DNA of 44,987 nucleotides from Atractiella rhizophila (Eukaryota): NCBI GenBank assembly GCA_021432655.1, contig MU271555.1, positions 1 to 44,987 of the forward strand, read 5' to 3'. Shown piece by piece: positions 34,276 to 44,987 of this stretch (position 1 is its first letter; each line of letters starts with the position of its first letter). The notes under the pieces were generated by a model. It saw only the letters and a program-made list of their open reading frames with translations, ran no database searches and was not told where the DNA came from. The position numbers and the translations under genes were made by a program.

Positions 34276-35379
34276 TTTCTTTGTTCGATATGTACCATGC
34301 AATTATGGCTTCATGCTCCTGCCCTTGCCGACTTCTCCTCGACCTCATTCTATTTGCACTTGACCTATACAATGAGTTGAATATGTTAAGCTGGAGTTAT
34401 GGGTTAGTTCCAGTTTCTAGGTACACGGAACGGACAGCAATCTGAAGCAGGAGGTGCGTGATCGGTTAGTTGTTCGGCATACTCATGCTTTCAACTCTGT
34501 GGCATGAAGGCATTGTGCTCAACCTCATGACCGCTGAGTTATCCAGGGAGCGAAGAACATATATCATTGTTCTGAAGCCTCTTTCGTGCATTCGTAACCC
34601 TTAAAACGGGCAACGCGTTGACGGAGGATACTGATCGTTGAGTTCAACGAGATAGTTCAACGACGTGGATATTTTGTGTCAGCTCTTGTACTGCGCATGT
34701 CCCTTCTACGTTAGATGTTTACCAAAAATAACCAGATTTAATCAAGCTCTACTGCTGTCTGCTTCATAAAATGCGAGTTACCAACTTTCTAGACGGGACG
34801 TCCTTTGCAAACGCAACGTCGTCCCATCATGTCTTCTCTCGGACCTGCAAGTCTACTTGAGTATCGGGAGAGGAGCAACGCTGAATTGGTCAGTCCATGT
34901 CTTTCCTGGAGGGAGCCGCAAGTGGCTATGCACACCCGAAAGACAGAACTCAAAGCGTAACAGGACATTCAATGAAACGACGGTCGAATAGGCTGTAGCC
35001 TTTGCCTTTCCTTACTGCTTGAAGATGACTCGAGACTTCAACTAATAGTCTTCAGTCACTCATTCGTTTAGGATGGCAGCCGTTGATGGAAGATTCGGAA
35101 GATTATCCTATCGAAACATCAATTAATGATAGTTGGGTAACCTGAGTAGACAAAGGTCTTAGTTCCATCATAAGCACACCTTCACGTTGCGTAACTAGCA
35201 AATATAGTCTTTTGCCCGCCTTCGTCGGCGCTCGCTTTCGTCGGATGAACAGACCACCCGCCAGAGACCAAACCCACAAACTGCCCGAAGATGTTGGTGT
35301 TCAGGCCACTTCGGAATCTGTTATAAAAGGCGTTCCTCTTTCGCCTGTTATGCGACTGTGGACGCGTCAAACCGTGAAG

Positions 35380-36360
35380 ATGGCCAGTGATCCCGCCTCA
35401 TCCACATTCGCTTATCGCAAAGTGCTGATTGTAGGAGCATCCTCGTAGGGCATTGGATGGCTAGAAGCCATATGATCTGATCTGTCACCTTCCTTAGTGG
35501 AATAGGTTGGGCTCTCGCATCGTCACTCCATGGTCTCCCCAATAAACCCCACATTCTCGTTGCTGCCAGGAGAATGGACCGTCTGGAATCGCTTCGCAAA
35601 GAGCTGGGACATGAAAGAGTTTCTTCCATCCAGCTGGATCTTCAGTGGGACGATGTGAAGTTGAAAGAATGGGTGGAGAATGTGCTAAGAGAGCACAGGG
35701 ATCTAGATGGAATCATTCTGAATTCAGGCATTCAGCACAAATGGGATTTTTCAAAGCCTCTTGGCATCGATATGTCCGGTTGGCATACTTTCTTGAATCT
35801 GTTGGGACTAACAATAACGAAGATAACAGTGATCAAAGTCGAATTTCAAGTGAACTATCTTTCCTTCATCTCCCTTCTTGCTGCCTTTCTGCCACACTTC
35901 CAAACCCTCCCTATTCCCTCCCTCATTGCTACCGTCACTTCTGGTCTCGCCATCGAACCAACTCCTGCCGTGTTCAACTATTGTGCTAGCAAGGCTGCTC
36001 TGCATTCTTTAACTGTTTCCCTTCGTGCAGACTTGAAAGCGTTGGGCCACACCTCTATTCGAGTCGTCGAGATCTTTCCACCGTACGCAGTTTTCTCCTC
36101 CCTTTCCAACCGAACTCTGACCTGTAGGTCTCAGGCTTGTGGAAAGCGAATTGCACGATCACCAAGGCACTGTACCCGTTCTAAGCAAGTTTTGGATGCC
36201 TCTACAAGAGTTCAACGACATCCTAGTGAAGAGGCTAACGGAAACAGATGAGGAGGAGATACCGATTGGTGCGAGGGTTGAAGACGCGTGGCAGAGGAGA
36301 GAGAAAGGGAAAATGGAAAGCGTGCAAGCAGTTGCGAGAAGGATGCGTGGTGGTGCATAG
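35380..36360 (+). CDS. Short-chain dehydrogenase/reductase (DltE-like)
   Basis: KVLIVGASS/GIGWALA Rossmann motif across an intron, ILNSGIQ, VTSGLA, catalytic YCASKAALH, VVEIFPP/LVESELH. Confidence 0.9.
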
Positions 36361-36622
36361 TGACCGACATAATGTCAACAAGGATCAAATCATTGATAGA
36401 TGGCTCAGCATTTCGTCTGTAAGGCTTTCAAGCCGTTCACAATACTTTTTGATGATTTGTCTATGTCCATCTCGATCATAAGAGTTGTGATGAGTCATGA
36501 TCTTCAGCCCAGAAAAATTTATTCAGATACTACTAACCCAAGCTTGACCACACGCCACGCGAGACTTTACAGCAAAGCTGTGTCCTTTGAAAACTGCAAG
36601 AATTTGTCTGCCAGTGATTGGA

Positions 36623-39073
36623 ATGTTGCATTCAAGGCTTCGCACACATATCATCTTCGCCCCAACGACTTCAATTGGGAAGACTATTGCGTCTGTTCTT
36701 CTGCTTCGTGCATCCCATGTTGCCAAAGAGGTGCCGACCTATTTCAAACCTGTTGGAACCTTTTCTCCCAGCGGACATGGGGATGATCTTGCACATGTGA
36801 AGAAATATGTGCAGGGTGAGTTACTTGCTCCCTTCGTTCCGGCGCCACTGATTACTTCAGAGCTGAAGGTTCGATGTCATGGTATGTGGAGGTGGGAAGA
36901 AGAAAAGGGACCCCATTTGGCTGGTAAGTCTTCGACGATACCGATTAACGTCAAGAAAAGTCTGAGATATTCGCGCAAGGAAGGAATCGACCTTAGTGAC
37001 CAAAATTTCATGAAAGGTGTCGCAAAATTCATTGCGTCTTCTGGAAACGCTTTGCAGGACAGAACCGGCTCGTTATTGATTGAGACAGCAGGAGGTGCTA
37101 GTTCCCTGCAGCACTTGTCAGAATATTCATCCCGTTGCAGGGGTCCATTCTCCACTCTTTTCTGGAACCTCTCAGTTGCAGGCTTACCGGCCCCTGCTTC
37201 CTCCCGTTGTCCTCATCTCATCTCCTCAATTGGGAGGAATCTCAACTACAATCTCGGCATACGAGTCGCTTCTCTTGCGCGGCTACGAAATCGATCTCGT
37301 CCTAGTCTGGAAAGAGGAAGTCTACAGGAATTACGACTACCTTTCTCGCTATTTTCAAGACTTAGGCGTCAAGACCGTGCTCATTGATCAACCACCTCCG
37401 GAGGGAGACCTTTGGGAGTACTACGATCGAACGGTTCGGAATAGCGGGGCAAGCCTCATCGCAACCTTGCAGCATGCTCATAACGTTCGGATCGAGTCCC
37501 TGCAGAGCGCAAAGTCTCGTGCGGCAAAGAGTGTCTGGTTTCCTTTCACGCAGCACTCTGGTCTGACGGAGAACGACATCACCACCATCTCCTCCGCCCA
37601 CGGCGATTTCTTCACTATCTTTCGATCGGAACCGTCCACTTCCACCCTAACCTCTTCGGGTAACAGCAACGGGTGGCTAGAGGCTCCCATGCTGGACGCT
37701 TCTGCCTCATGGTGGACGCAAGGACTCGGGCATGCTTCTTCCTCGCTCCTTCATCCCCTTGCACAAGCCGCTGGTCGATATGGACATGTCATCTTCTCAC
37801 GCACGGTACACCTACCAGCTCTACAACTCGCCGAAAACCTTCTACAAAAGGTTGGACACGGTTGGGCTACGCGAGTGTTCTATTCGGATGACGGTTCGAC
37901 TGGCGTAGAAGTGGCGCTGAAAATGGCGTTAAGACTCGCTGCCAAGCGGGGCCGACAAGGGCAGAAAGTGCTAGGCTTGCAGGGTGGTTATCATGGGGAT
38001 ACCATTGGCGCAATGGATGCGGCAGAGCCTGGGACTTATAACCGCCGCGTGGAATGGTACCGCGGGCGAGGGCAGTGGCTCGTACCTCCGTCCGTTGGAT
38101 TTGAGGGTGGAAAAGTTGTTGTGCGCTACGGAAAGCAAGAATGGATATACAGCAACCTGGAGGAGGTGTACGATCTTTCAAGGCGTCGAGAAAGTGATAT
38201 TGCACGAATATACCGAGATGTGGTATGGAAGGAACTGAGGGATCATGGAGAAGAACTGGGCTGCCTTCTCCTTGAGCCCCTTTGCCTCGGCGCAGGAGGG
38301 ATGATCTTTGTGGACCCGCTCTTTCAAAACATCCTCGTGTCCCTCTGCCGTGCCTCTTCGCCTCCTCTTCCCGTCATTTACGATGAGGTCTTTGTTGGTC
38401 TCCGTCGCCTGGGACCTTTTTCGTCCTCCTCCGTTTTGCTCGAAAAGCCAGATGTTGCGGTATACGGTAAACTCCTTACTGGCGGCACCCTTCCTCTTTC
38501 CGTCACTGTGGCGTCCGAAGAGGTTTTTGATGCTTTTAAAGGGGAGAAAAAGGAGGACGCTCTGCTGCACGGACACAGTTATACGGCGCACCCGATCGGA
38601 TGTCAAGTGGCTGAGAGAGCATTGAAAATCCTGGACTCTTTCGAGTTTAAAAAAGAGAAGAAGGAATGGGGTTCCTCGGCCTGGAGCTTATGGGAAAAGG
38701 ATTTTGTGATTCAACTGAGCAAGAGAGATGGCATTGAAAATGTTATGGCCCTCGGTACAGTGCTCAAATTCCAACTGAGCAGTGATTCTGAGACCGGTAA
38801 GCCAGCCTCTGATCCACTTCTCAGCTTGCAGTGCGACGATCAAACTAATAGATGTCGACTGAAGCAGGATACGAATCGAATGCCGCTGAGACCGTGCTGG
38901 AGAAGCTGCGATCCAGTGTTCGAAGAGCAGAATTTGACCCTCTGGATTTCAACATCCATGCTCGACCTCTTGGAGACGTCCTTTATTTCATGATGAGTCT
39001 CAACACGGACGGTTCGACCATTCAAAGGGTGCAAGAGGTCCTCCTTGATCTCTTCCCTGGAAAATCTCAATAG
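36623..39073 (+). CDS. bioDA: Bifunctional dethiobiotin synthetase / 7,8-diaminopelargonate aminotransferase
   Basis: N-terminal APTTSIGKT, YFKPVGT, IETAGGVHSP, LGGISTTISAYESL. C-terminal WFPFTQH, DASASWWTQGLGH, FYSDDGSTGVEVALKMA, YHGDTIGAMD, DEVFVGL, KLLTGG, LLHGHSYTAHPIGC, HARPLGDVLY. Confidence 0.95.
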
Positions 39074-39719
39074 TGAGACGTCTGAGTACCAAGTTGAGGG
39101 AGCTAATAGATAGACACATAGTCGCGGGTGCTGATAGGATTTGTTTTATCATCTTCTAATCTTGTAGCACTGTAAAGGTTGTGATGTTTTTCCTCTTCCA
39201 CGACTTGTCAACATCAAAGACCACCAATCACAATGACACTTTGCTACGGGTACAACACAGCAAGCTTCACGCCCCGTAACAGCGTTCGCTTGCATAACCT
39301 AAAATGTTCTCCGGATTCAGCGTTTCTCTCCACCACTAGCTTCTCCCTGATGGCATCATCTCTCTTGAGACCTATCGTGTCTTCAGCAATCCGAAGAAGC
39401 TTAGTTTGTATGTCATTCAGAGTTACATCGCTCCTCGAGTTGGGAGCAGAGGAGAGCATGTTGCTATCCAAGCCCTCTTCACCCTGCTTTACAACCTTGC
39501 TTCTTTATCTATTACTACGTTGAAGAATGGTGATCACCCTCAAACCACAACCTCAGAGCATATGAAACCTGTAAGAGAACTAAAGGGGGAGCAACAGTGG
39601 GGTTATGCAGGGTTGATAAGAGGAGAGAAAACACAAAGTGGCAACAAAACGGGCGATGGAAGTGTACATAGGGGAATAGGCACAGAATGCAAACGGGCGA
39701 TGGGAGACACAGAGTGACA

Positions 39720-41892
39720 ATGATGTCCCAACTACTCCACCTCCACCTTGACCCTAATGTCTCCCTTTCCGCGCTGGTACACCACACCCCCGCGTCCGGT
39801 TCGCGCACTTCCTCCGTTAGAGGAGCTCCAGTCACTCCCCAAACGGGTGACAAGGACGCGTTTCCAATGGCTTGCGATGACATGGCAGGGAAGTATGCTA
39901 CGTTGGCCGTGAAGGCATTTGTAGAGAGGTTCCCACAAGCGCCGAAAGCATTGCCACAGCAACAATTGGATCCACCAGATATGTCAGGGCCTGAAAAAGA
40001 GCATTACGACAGATTTGTGCGTGCATTGCTCTCTTGAGGAATATTAACGTGATCAAATGCTGCTTAGGCAACATATATGACTCCTTTCATCAACCCGCAG
40101 TGGAAGTTCCACATTACGAGCGCGAATGTTGACAGGGATTTCGACGACATGGAGGGGCTCCAAGGGGTCAAGCCGGATTTGATCCTCTATGAGGATTGCA
40201 GCGAGAAACGTACCGTCATGAAGAAGGCTGGGATGGTCATCGAATTCAAAACCGCTGATGCTGATGTGCCTTTTCTCGATATGGATGGGAAGGTGACAGA
40301 GAATAATTCGGACGAAGCCAAGCTAGCGCGTGGCCAACTCATTCTCTACAGCACCATTATTCTCTCCGCCCAACAACGAACGCGGTCGTACTCCTTCTTC
40401 GTTCAAAACCATACAGCTCGCATTATTTGTCACTCGCGAGCGGGTATGGAAGTGAGTCCATTGTTCAACTACGCGGAGACCAGCGACCTCAAAGAGTTCC
40501 TTTGGCGTTACACGCACGCTTCCGCCGAGGATCGAGGCTTCGACACGACGATGATCTCTAACTTTCAGCCCGAAGACGAGAAGCATGTCAAAGAGGCGAG
40601 GGAGAAGCTGAAGGCCACAGAAGACAAGCCAATGTTCAAGGTCCTCGTGCAAGGGAAAACATTTTATGTTTCCGAACCCTTCATCTTTCGCCACAATCAT
40701 CCTACTGGACGAGGAACGCGATGCTTCGAAGCATATTACCCTGCTGAAAAACGACTCGTCCTCCTCAAAGATTCGTGGCGCCATGTGGAATACGCTCCAG
40801 AAGGGGAAATCTACGAAAAGCTGCATGCGGCAAAGCTGCCAAACATTCTTCCGGTTGTTGCGCACGGCGACGTAGAGGGGAAGTACCAAAGTGCCGAAGT
40901 ACTGACTGAGGGCGGCCTGAGGAAATTCATACACTATCGAATCGTCTTGGGCAAGGTGGGACGCCCAATCGGCGAGTTTCGGTCTACCTATGAGCTCGTG
41001 AAAGGATGTGCGGATGCCTTCGAAGGTATGTGGCTTTCCCTTCTCCAAACTGAAACTGAGCCGTCGTCGCCGCTGGGTAGCCCACTTTTGCGCCTGGAGA
41101 AAACTGAAGATGTTGCACCGAGATGTCTCTTCAGGAAACATTATTCTTGGTCCCATCGACGAAGAACCGCAGGGATATTTGATTGATTGGGAGTTTGGGA
41201 AGGAGCAAAGCGTCGGAATGAAGTCCCAAGAACGAACGGTTCGTGTTTTGGTGATGAGATTCGAGCGATCAATAACTGTAGAGCAGGGCACTTATGAGTT
41301 CATGTCTGTCCGACTCTTACAAGCACTTTTGTCCGATGAGAAGATCCAACACGAGCCCAGCGACGACATCGAATCGTTCGTTTACGTTCTGGCTTGGACA
41401 GCTATCCAGCATGCCGTTAGCGGAATGGACGTGGCCACCCGCCAGAGACGCCTGAGCGACTTCATGAGACAGCCTGGCAAAGGCGCGCAGGAGACAATCG
41501 AACAACGAAGTGGAATCATAACACGCGGAGCAGACGATCTTCGCTTGAACACGGTCCAACTTGCGACATTACTGCACACTCTCTTCACTGGCCTTGCTTA
41601 TCGTTTAGTTCCCCGCGAAATGGTGGTGGACCGCCTTTTAGATGGCACTGAGGACGAACCAAATGCTCTGGAGAAGGCTGAACTGAAAGCTGAGGAGAGA
41701 ATCGGTCGAATGGCTACGCACGACTTCATGCGAACGCAGCTGAGGAACGCTGTGGGGGATGAAGAATGGAAAACATGCACGAAGGATCCCGCCGTGCAAC
41801 CTTTGAAGCACAAGAGGAAGCTTGAAGGTGGCGCAATGAGTTCAGGGGCGAAGAGGCAGAGAAATTTGCGATCTCAGTCGGGCACCAGTTGA
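39720..41892 (+). CDS. Fungal-specific FunK1 (Pkinase_fungal) protein kinase, apparently intact
   Basis: KPDLILY, IEFK, ARGQL..Y, QQRT, DRGFD, GRGTRCF, LLKDSWR, EGEIY, HYRIVL, LHRDVSSGNIIL, LIDWEF, RT/GTYEFMS, DDIESFVYVL; three short introns. Confidence 0.92.
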
Positions 41893-42402
41893 TAACTTTC
41901 AGTAATTCTAATGATGGGGTATTTCACCCTCGCCGTATCAGAAATCATGTCCGGTTTGCAGCTTTCAGCCTCACTTCCCTTCACTTTGTTGGTCATAAAC
42001 CCACCTGAGCTTATGAGGACTTTTGGCAGCGTTCAATGAAAATAGGATGCAATCTACTACGATTCAGCATTCTCATCCTGCATGTAGTCATGACGCAGAG
42101 GCGATAAAAGAGGAACTAACGATCAAGGAATAATCATAAGTGGTAACAGAATCCAACTAGCTGGTCGTCGAAATGGGATGGAATAATTCTCGAAAGTAGA
42201 GACCTACTACGCGTAAGCCGCGAAATCCAAATTTGAGGCAAGGAACAACAGGTAAGAATAGATGTAGACCGGTCGCGGGAGACGTTGCGATTTGGAGAGG
42301 TGAGGGAAGGGGACAGTGAAACAACAAGGTAAGGTACGGTTAAGGATCAATCAAACCCAACAATCTTCCATGAAAGAACCCATCCAAGGGAGAAAGAAAA
42401 AC

Positions 42403-44055
42403 TCAATGATGAGCCCACTCCTTGTCGTCTTCCTTGACGGTCTCCATCCTTGCTGGTTGGATGGGAACTCCACTCATGCCACCCATACCAGCCATGGTCA
42501 CACCAGCTTGCATGGGCATTCCCCTCCCGAGTCCCAGTCCCGCATACCCCGCCGGACTCGTGGTGTAAGTCAGCAGACCATCGGGTCCCATCCCTAGGCC
42601 CATCTGAGGTAGACCGAGGGTTCCGTATGTGTACGTCGAGGACGGTCCGAGCGATCCATTCGGATTAGGGAGTTGGGAAGGGTTCGTTGGTGGTGTATTC
42701 TTCGCCGCTTCTGCTTTGGCTTTTTGACGAGCTTTCCATTCTTTCCGAATCTCCTTGAACTCTGCAATCAACAGTCAGAAAGGCTTGAACAAATAGACAC
42801 AGAGAGAGGATGAGGAAGGGGAAGAGAACGTACCCGATGGTACCCTCTTAGCACCATGTTTCTGCATCACGACGTGTGCATTCAGATGATTCAGAGTGCC
42901 ATAGGCCTTTCCACATCCTTCGTAATTGCAGCAGTACAGTCGCTCAATCTCATCGTATCTCCGTCTCGCCCAAAAAAAAAAAAAAAAAAAAGTCAGAAAA
43001 GTTTGAACAGTTAAGAGACAGAGGACGAGGAAGAGGGAAGAGAACGTACCCGAGGGTACCCTCTTAGCACCATGTTTCTGCATCACAACGTGTGCATTCA
43101 GATGATTCAGAGTGCCATAGGCCTTTCCACATCCTTCGTAATTGCAGCAGTACAGTCGCTCAATCTCATCGTATCTCCGCCTCGCCCTCTTTTTCGGCGT
43201 CGGCTGAGCGCCTAATCCTCCCAAACCCATTCCCATGCCCACCGGGATGTAATACTGGGCCTGCATCGAGCCCGGCGCGGTATAGGGGCGGGGAAGGTAC
43301 GCGTAGGTGGCGGGAGAGGAGGTGGTGGTGGCGAGTGGAGGGAGGGAATGGAGGAATGGGCTTGCGCTGGAAGAGGAGGTGGGACGGGATGAGGTGCCGG
43401 CGACTGCGGAGGAGAGGATCTGACTTTCTGCTCCAGTGCCAGATATGGAATACGCGAAGGGATTGGACGAGCCCAGCGAGCCATTGGTGTGCGCGTAGTA
43501 ACCCCCGTACGTCGACGGAGTGGTGAAGTTGAGGGAGGACGGCATGGAGTATGTCCTCCCCACCTGAGCCAAGCTTGCCGGCCCTCCTCCTGCACTCGCA
43601 TTGCCAGACAAGGATGGATGCGAAGCCGGCTGTTGGGTTTGGAGTGGCGAGGTCTGCGGTCCTTCAGCGGTGGAAGGGCGGGAACCTCCCCATTCCAATC
43701 CCCAAGTGGATTCGAAGGGCTGGATGGGCCGTGAGGGAGCGGTCATGGGTCTCCCGGAGAGTCCTGAAGGTGCAGAAGGGTTGGAACGCAGGGAAGCATC
43801 GGCTGTTGGTGGAGGGGTTAGGAAGGGAGAAGGGGAAGGAAAGGCACCTTCATCAATTTTGAACATTCGCTCCATTTTCTCATGAATGAGGGGACACTCA
43901 CCATTGGCCTGTAAGACATCTTTGTCTGGAGCTCCTAATCCGCCCTGCACCCCTTGCAGCGCCGAGAGGCCGTTCTGATTGTGCGAGTGGTTGTTTGGGT
44001 TGTGGGTGTTGGAGGGAGGAGGCGAGAACTGAAAGTATTGTGACATGCTTTCCAT
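42403..44055 (-). CDS. CON7: Con7-like C2H2 zinc finger transcription factor (5' end uncertain; finger segment duplicated)
   Basis: KRARRRYDEIERLYCCNYEGCGKAYGTLNHLNAHVVMQKHGAKRVPS/EFKEIRKEWKAR is the conserved Con7 core. Low-complexity Ser/Pro flanks; intron acceptor at 42762. Confidence 0.85.
42773..43187. repeat. Tandem duplication (216-bp period) of the zinc-finger coding segment plus most of its intron, copies joined by A20
   Basis: Copies at 42773-42971 and 42991-43187; poly-A at 42972-42991. Confidence 0.95.
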
Positions 44056-44987
44056 GTTGTTTATGTAGCCTGGACGGTGCAATGACGCCGACAATAGACA
44101 ATCGAATTATGGTGACGATAAGCCGATAAGGATATAATCAATGCTGTGGCGAAGTGAGCTAGGGAAGGAATAATGAGGTCGTCAGCTTCTAAGTGGTCTT
44201 CTAATCGAACATCCGCCGCTCACCTTTGCCTGAAATACCTGCTATTCAAGCGTTGAGCTGTTCCAGACGTGCAAGGCTGGCGTTATTAATACGAGAGTGA
44301 CGCCTTGGATACGCGAATGGCTACAAATTCTGGGAAATGGTGGTCGAGTGGTTTCGCGGAGAGGCAAGATATTCAGTGACGGGGAATATTCCAACAAAGT
44401 TGGCAACTAATTTAGCGCGCAGATCTTCGGTTCCGCACACACTTTCCACCTGAGCGGGCACACGCTTCACGTGGGATGTCAATGCCTTTTATCGCGGCAG
44501 CAAAGCATCCATTTCGAAAGTGGGCTCACTCTGCAGTTCACCGAGGGAAGAACGCTTTGGCGATCAGAAGCAAGCAGGACGCAGTAGAAAACTGGAAGAG
44601 AAGCAAACATGAAAAGGTTTAAAACTGTGACGTGGGCCGGGGCGAGTGTCAACAAAATAGACTTTGTTCCCGATGGAAGCTTATCTGTTCCCTTGCATCG
44701 GCATACGGCTGATTTGGACGTTCCCTCATCCCAGCGCAGCACAGAGTGGACAGTTGAAGTACATTAACAGCATCAGCAAGCATCTGTGGGAGTCAATGAA
44801 TCAAGAGATGGGGAAGGAATGCGAACCGAAGAGCAACAGAAGCCCTTTGTTTTGCTACCGCTCGATATCCGTCGAAACTGTGTTGATACTTTACAAATGT
44901 TCCGAACTGCCATCCTCAATCGCTCAATCGCCGTCTCCGCTTCCCGCTCTGCATTGCCGCCGCGCCATCCTGCGACCTCGCGCGCTT

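Noticed and set aside
35380..39073. Biotin gene cluster (SDR plus bioDA)
   Set aside because: No KAPA synthase or biotin synthase is nearby, the SDR is a generic type, and the BioD-BioA fusion is already well known in fungi and plants.
39233..39717. Possible small mitochondrial protein starting MASSLLRPIVSSAIRRSL at 39350
   Set aside because: It has a presequence-like start and a GTATGT donor, but I could not build a convincing downstream exon.
40323..41291. 322-aa minus-strand ORF
   Set aside because: Antisense shadow of the FunK1 gene with no recognisable motifs.

Overview
Left end of a fungal chromosome or scaffold, very probably a basidiomycete (intron-dense genes with mostly 45-70 nt introns, FunK1 kinases, basidiomycete-type NLR and Cys-rich membrane protein). 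It begins with a (CCCTAA)n telomere fused directly into the middle of the patatin domain of a decaying patatin-STAND-TPR (NLR-like) gene, followed by a FunK1 kinase remnant. Ordinary genes follow: MFS transporter, persulfide-dioxygenase-type metallo-beta-lactamase, endonuclease V (running into a 263-N gap), glutaryl-CoA dehydrogenase, a Cys-rich single-pass membrane protein, a MYND-finger protein, RPL33/eL33, a short-chain dehydrogenase, fused BioD-BioA, an intact FunK1 kinase and a Con7-like C2H2 factor. The oddities are: a head-to-head pair of diverged paralogous unknown proteins; two damaged F-box-like genes; an A-B-A-B interleaved duplication; a hydrophilin-like gene missed by the ORF track; an insert at a splice acceptor of the dehydrogenase gene; and a tandem-duplicated zinc-finger segment joined by a poly-A run. 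All gene models were spliced by eye and no database searches were run. I cannot demonstrate a new biological system; the best candidates are the telomere-cut NLR locus and the divergent paralog pair.
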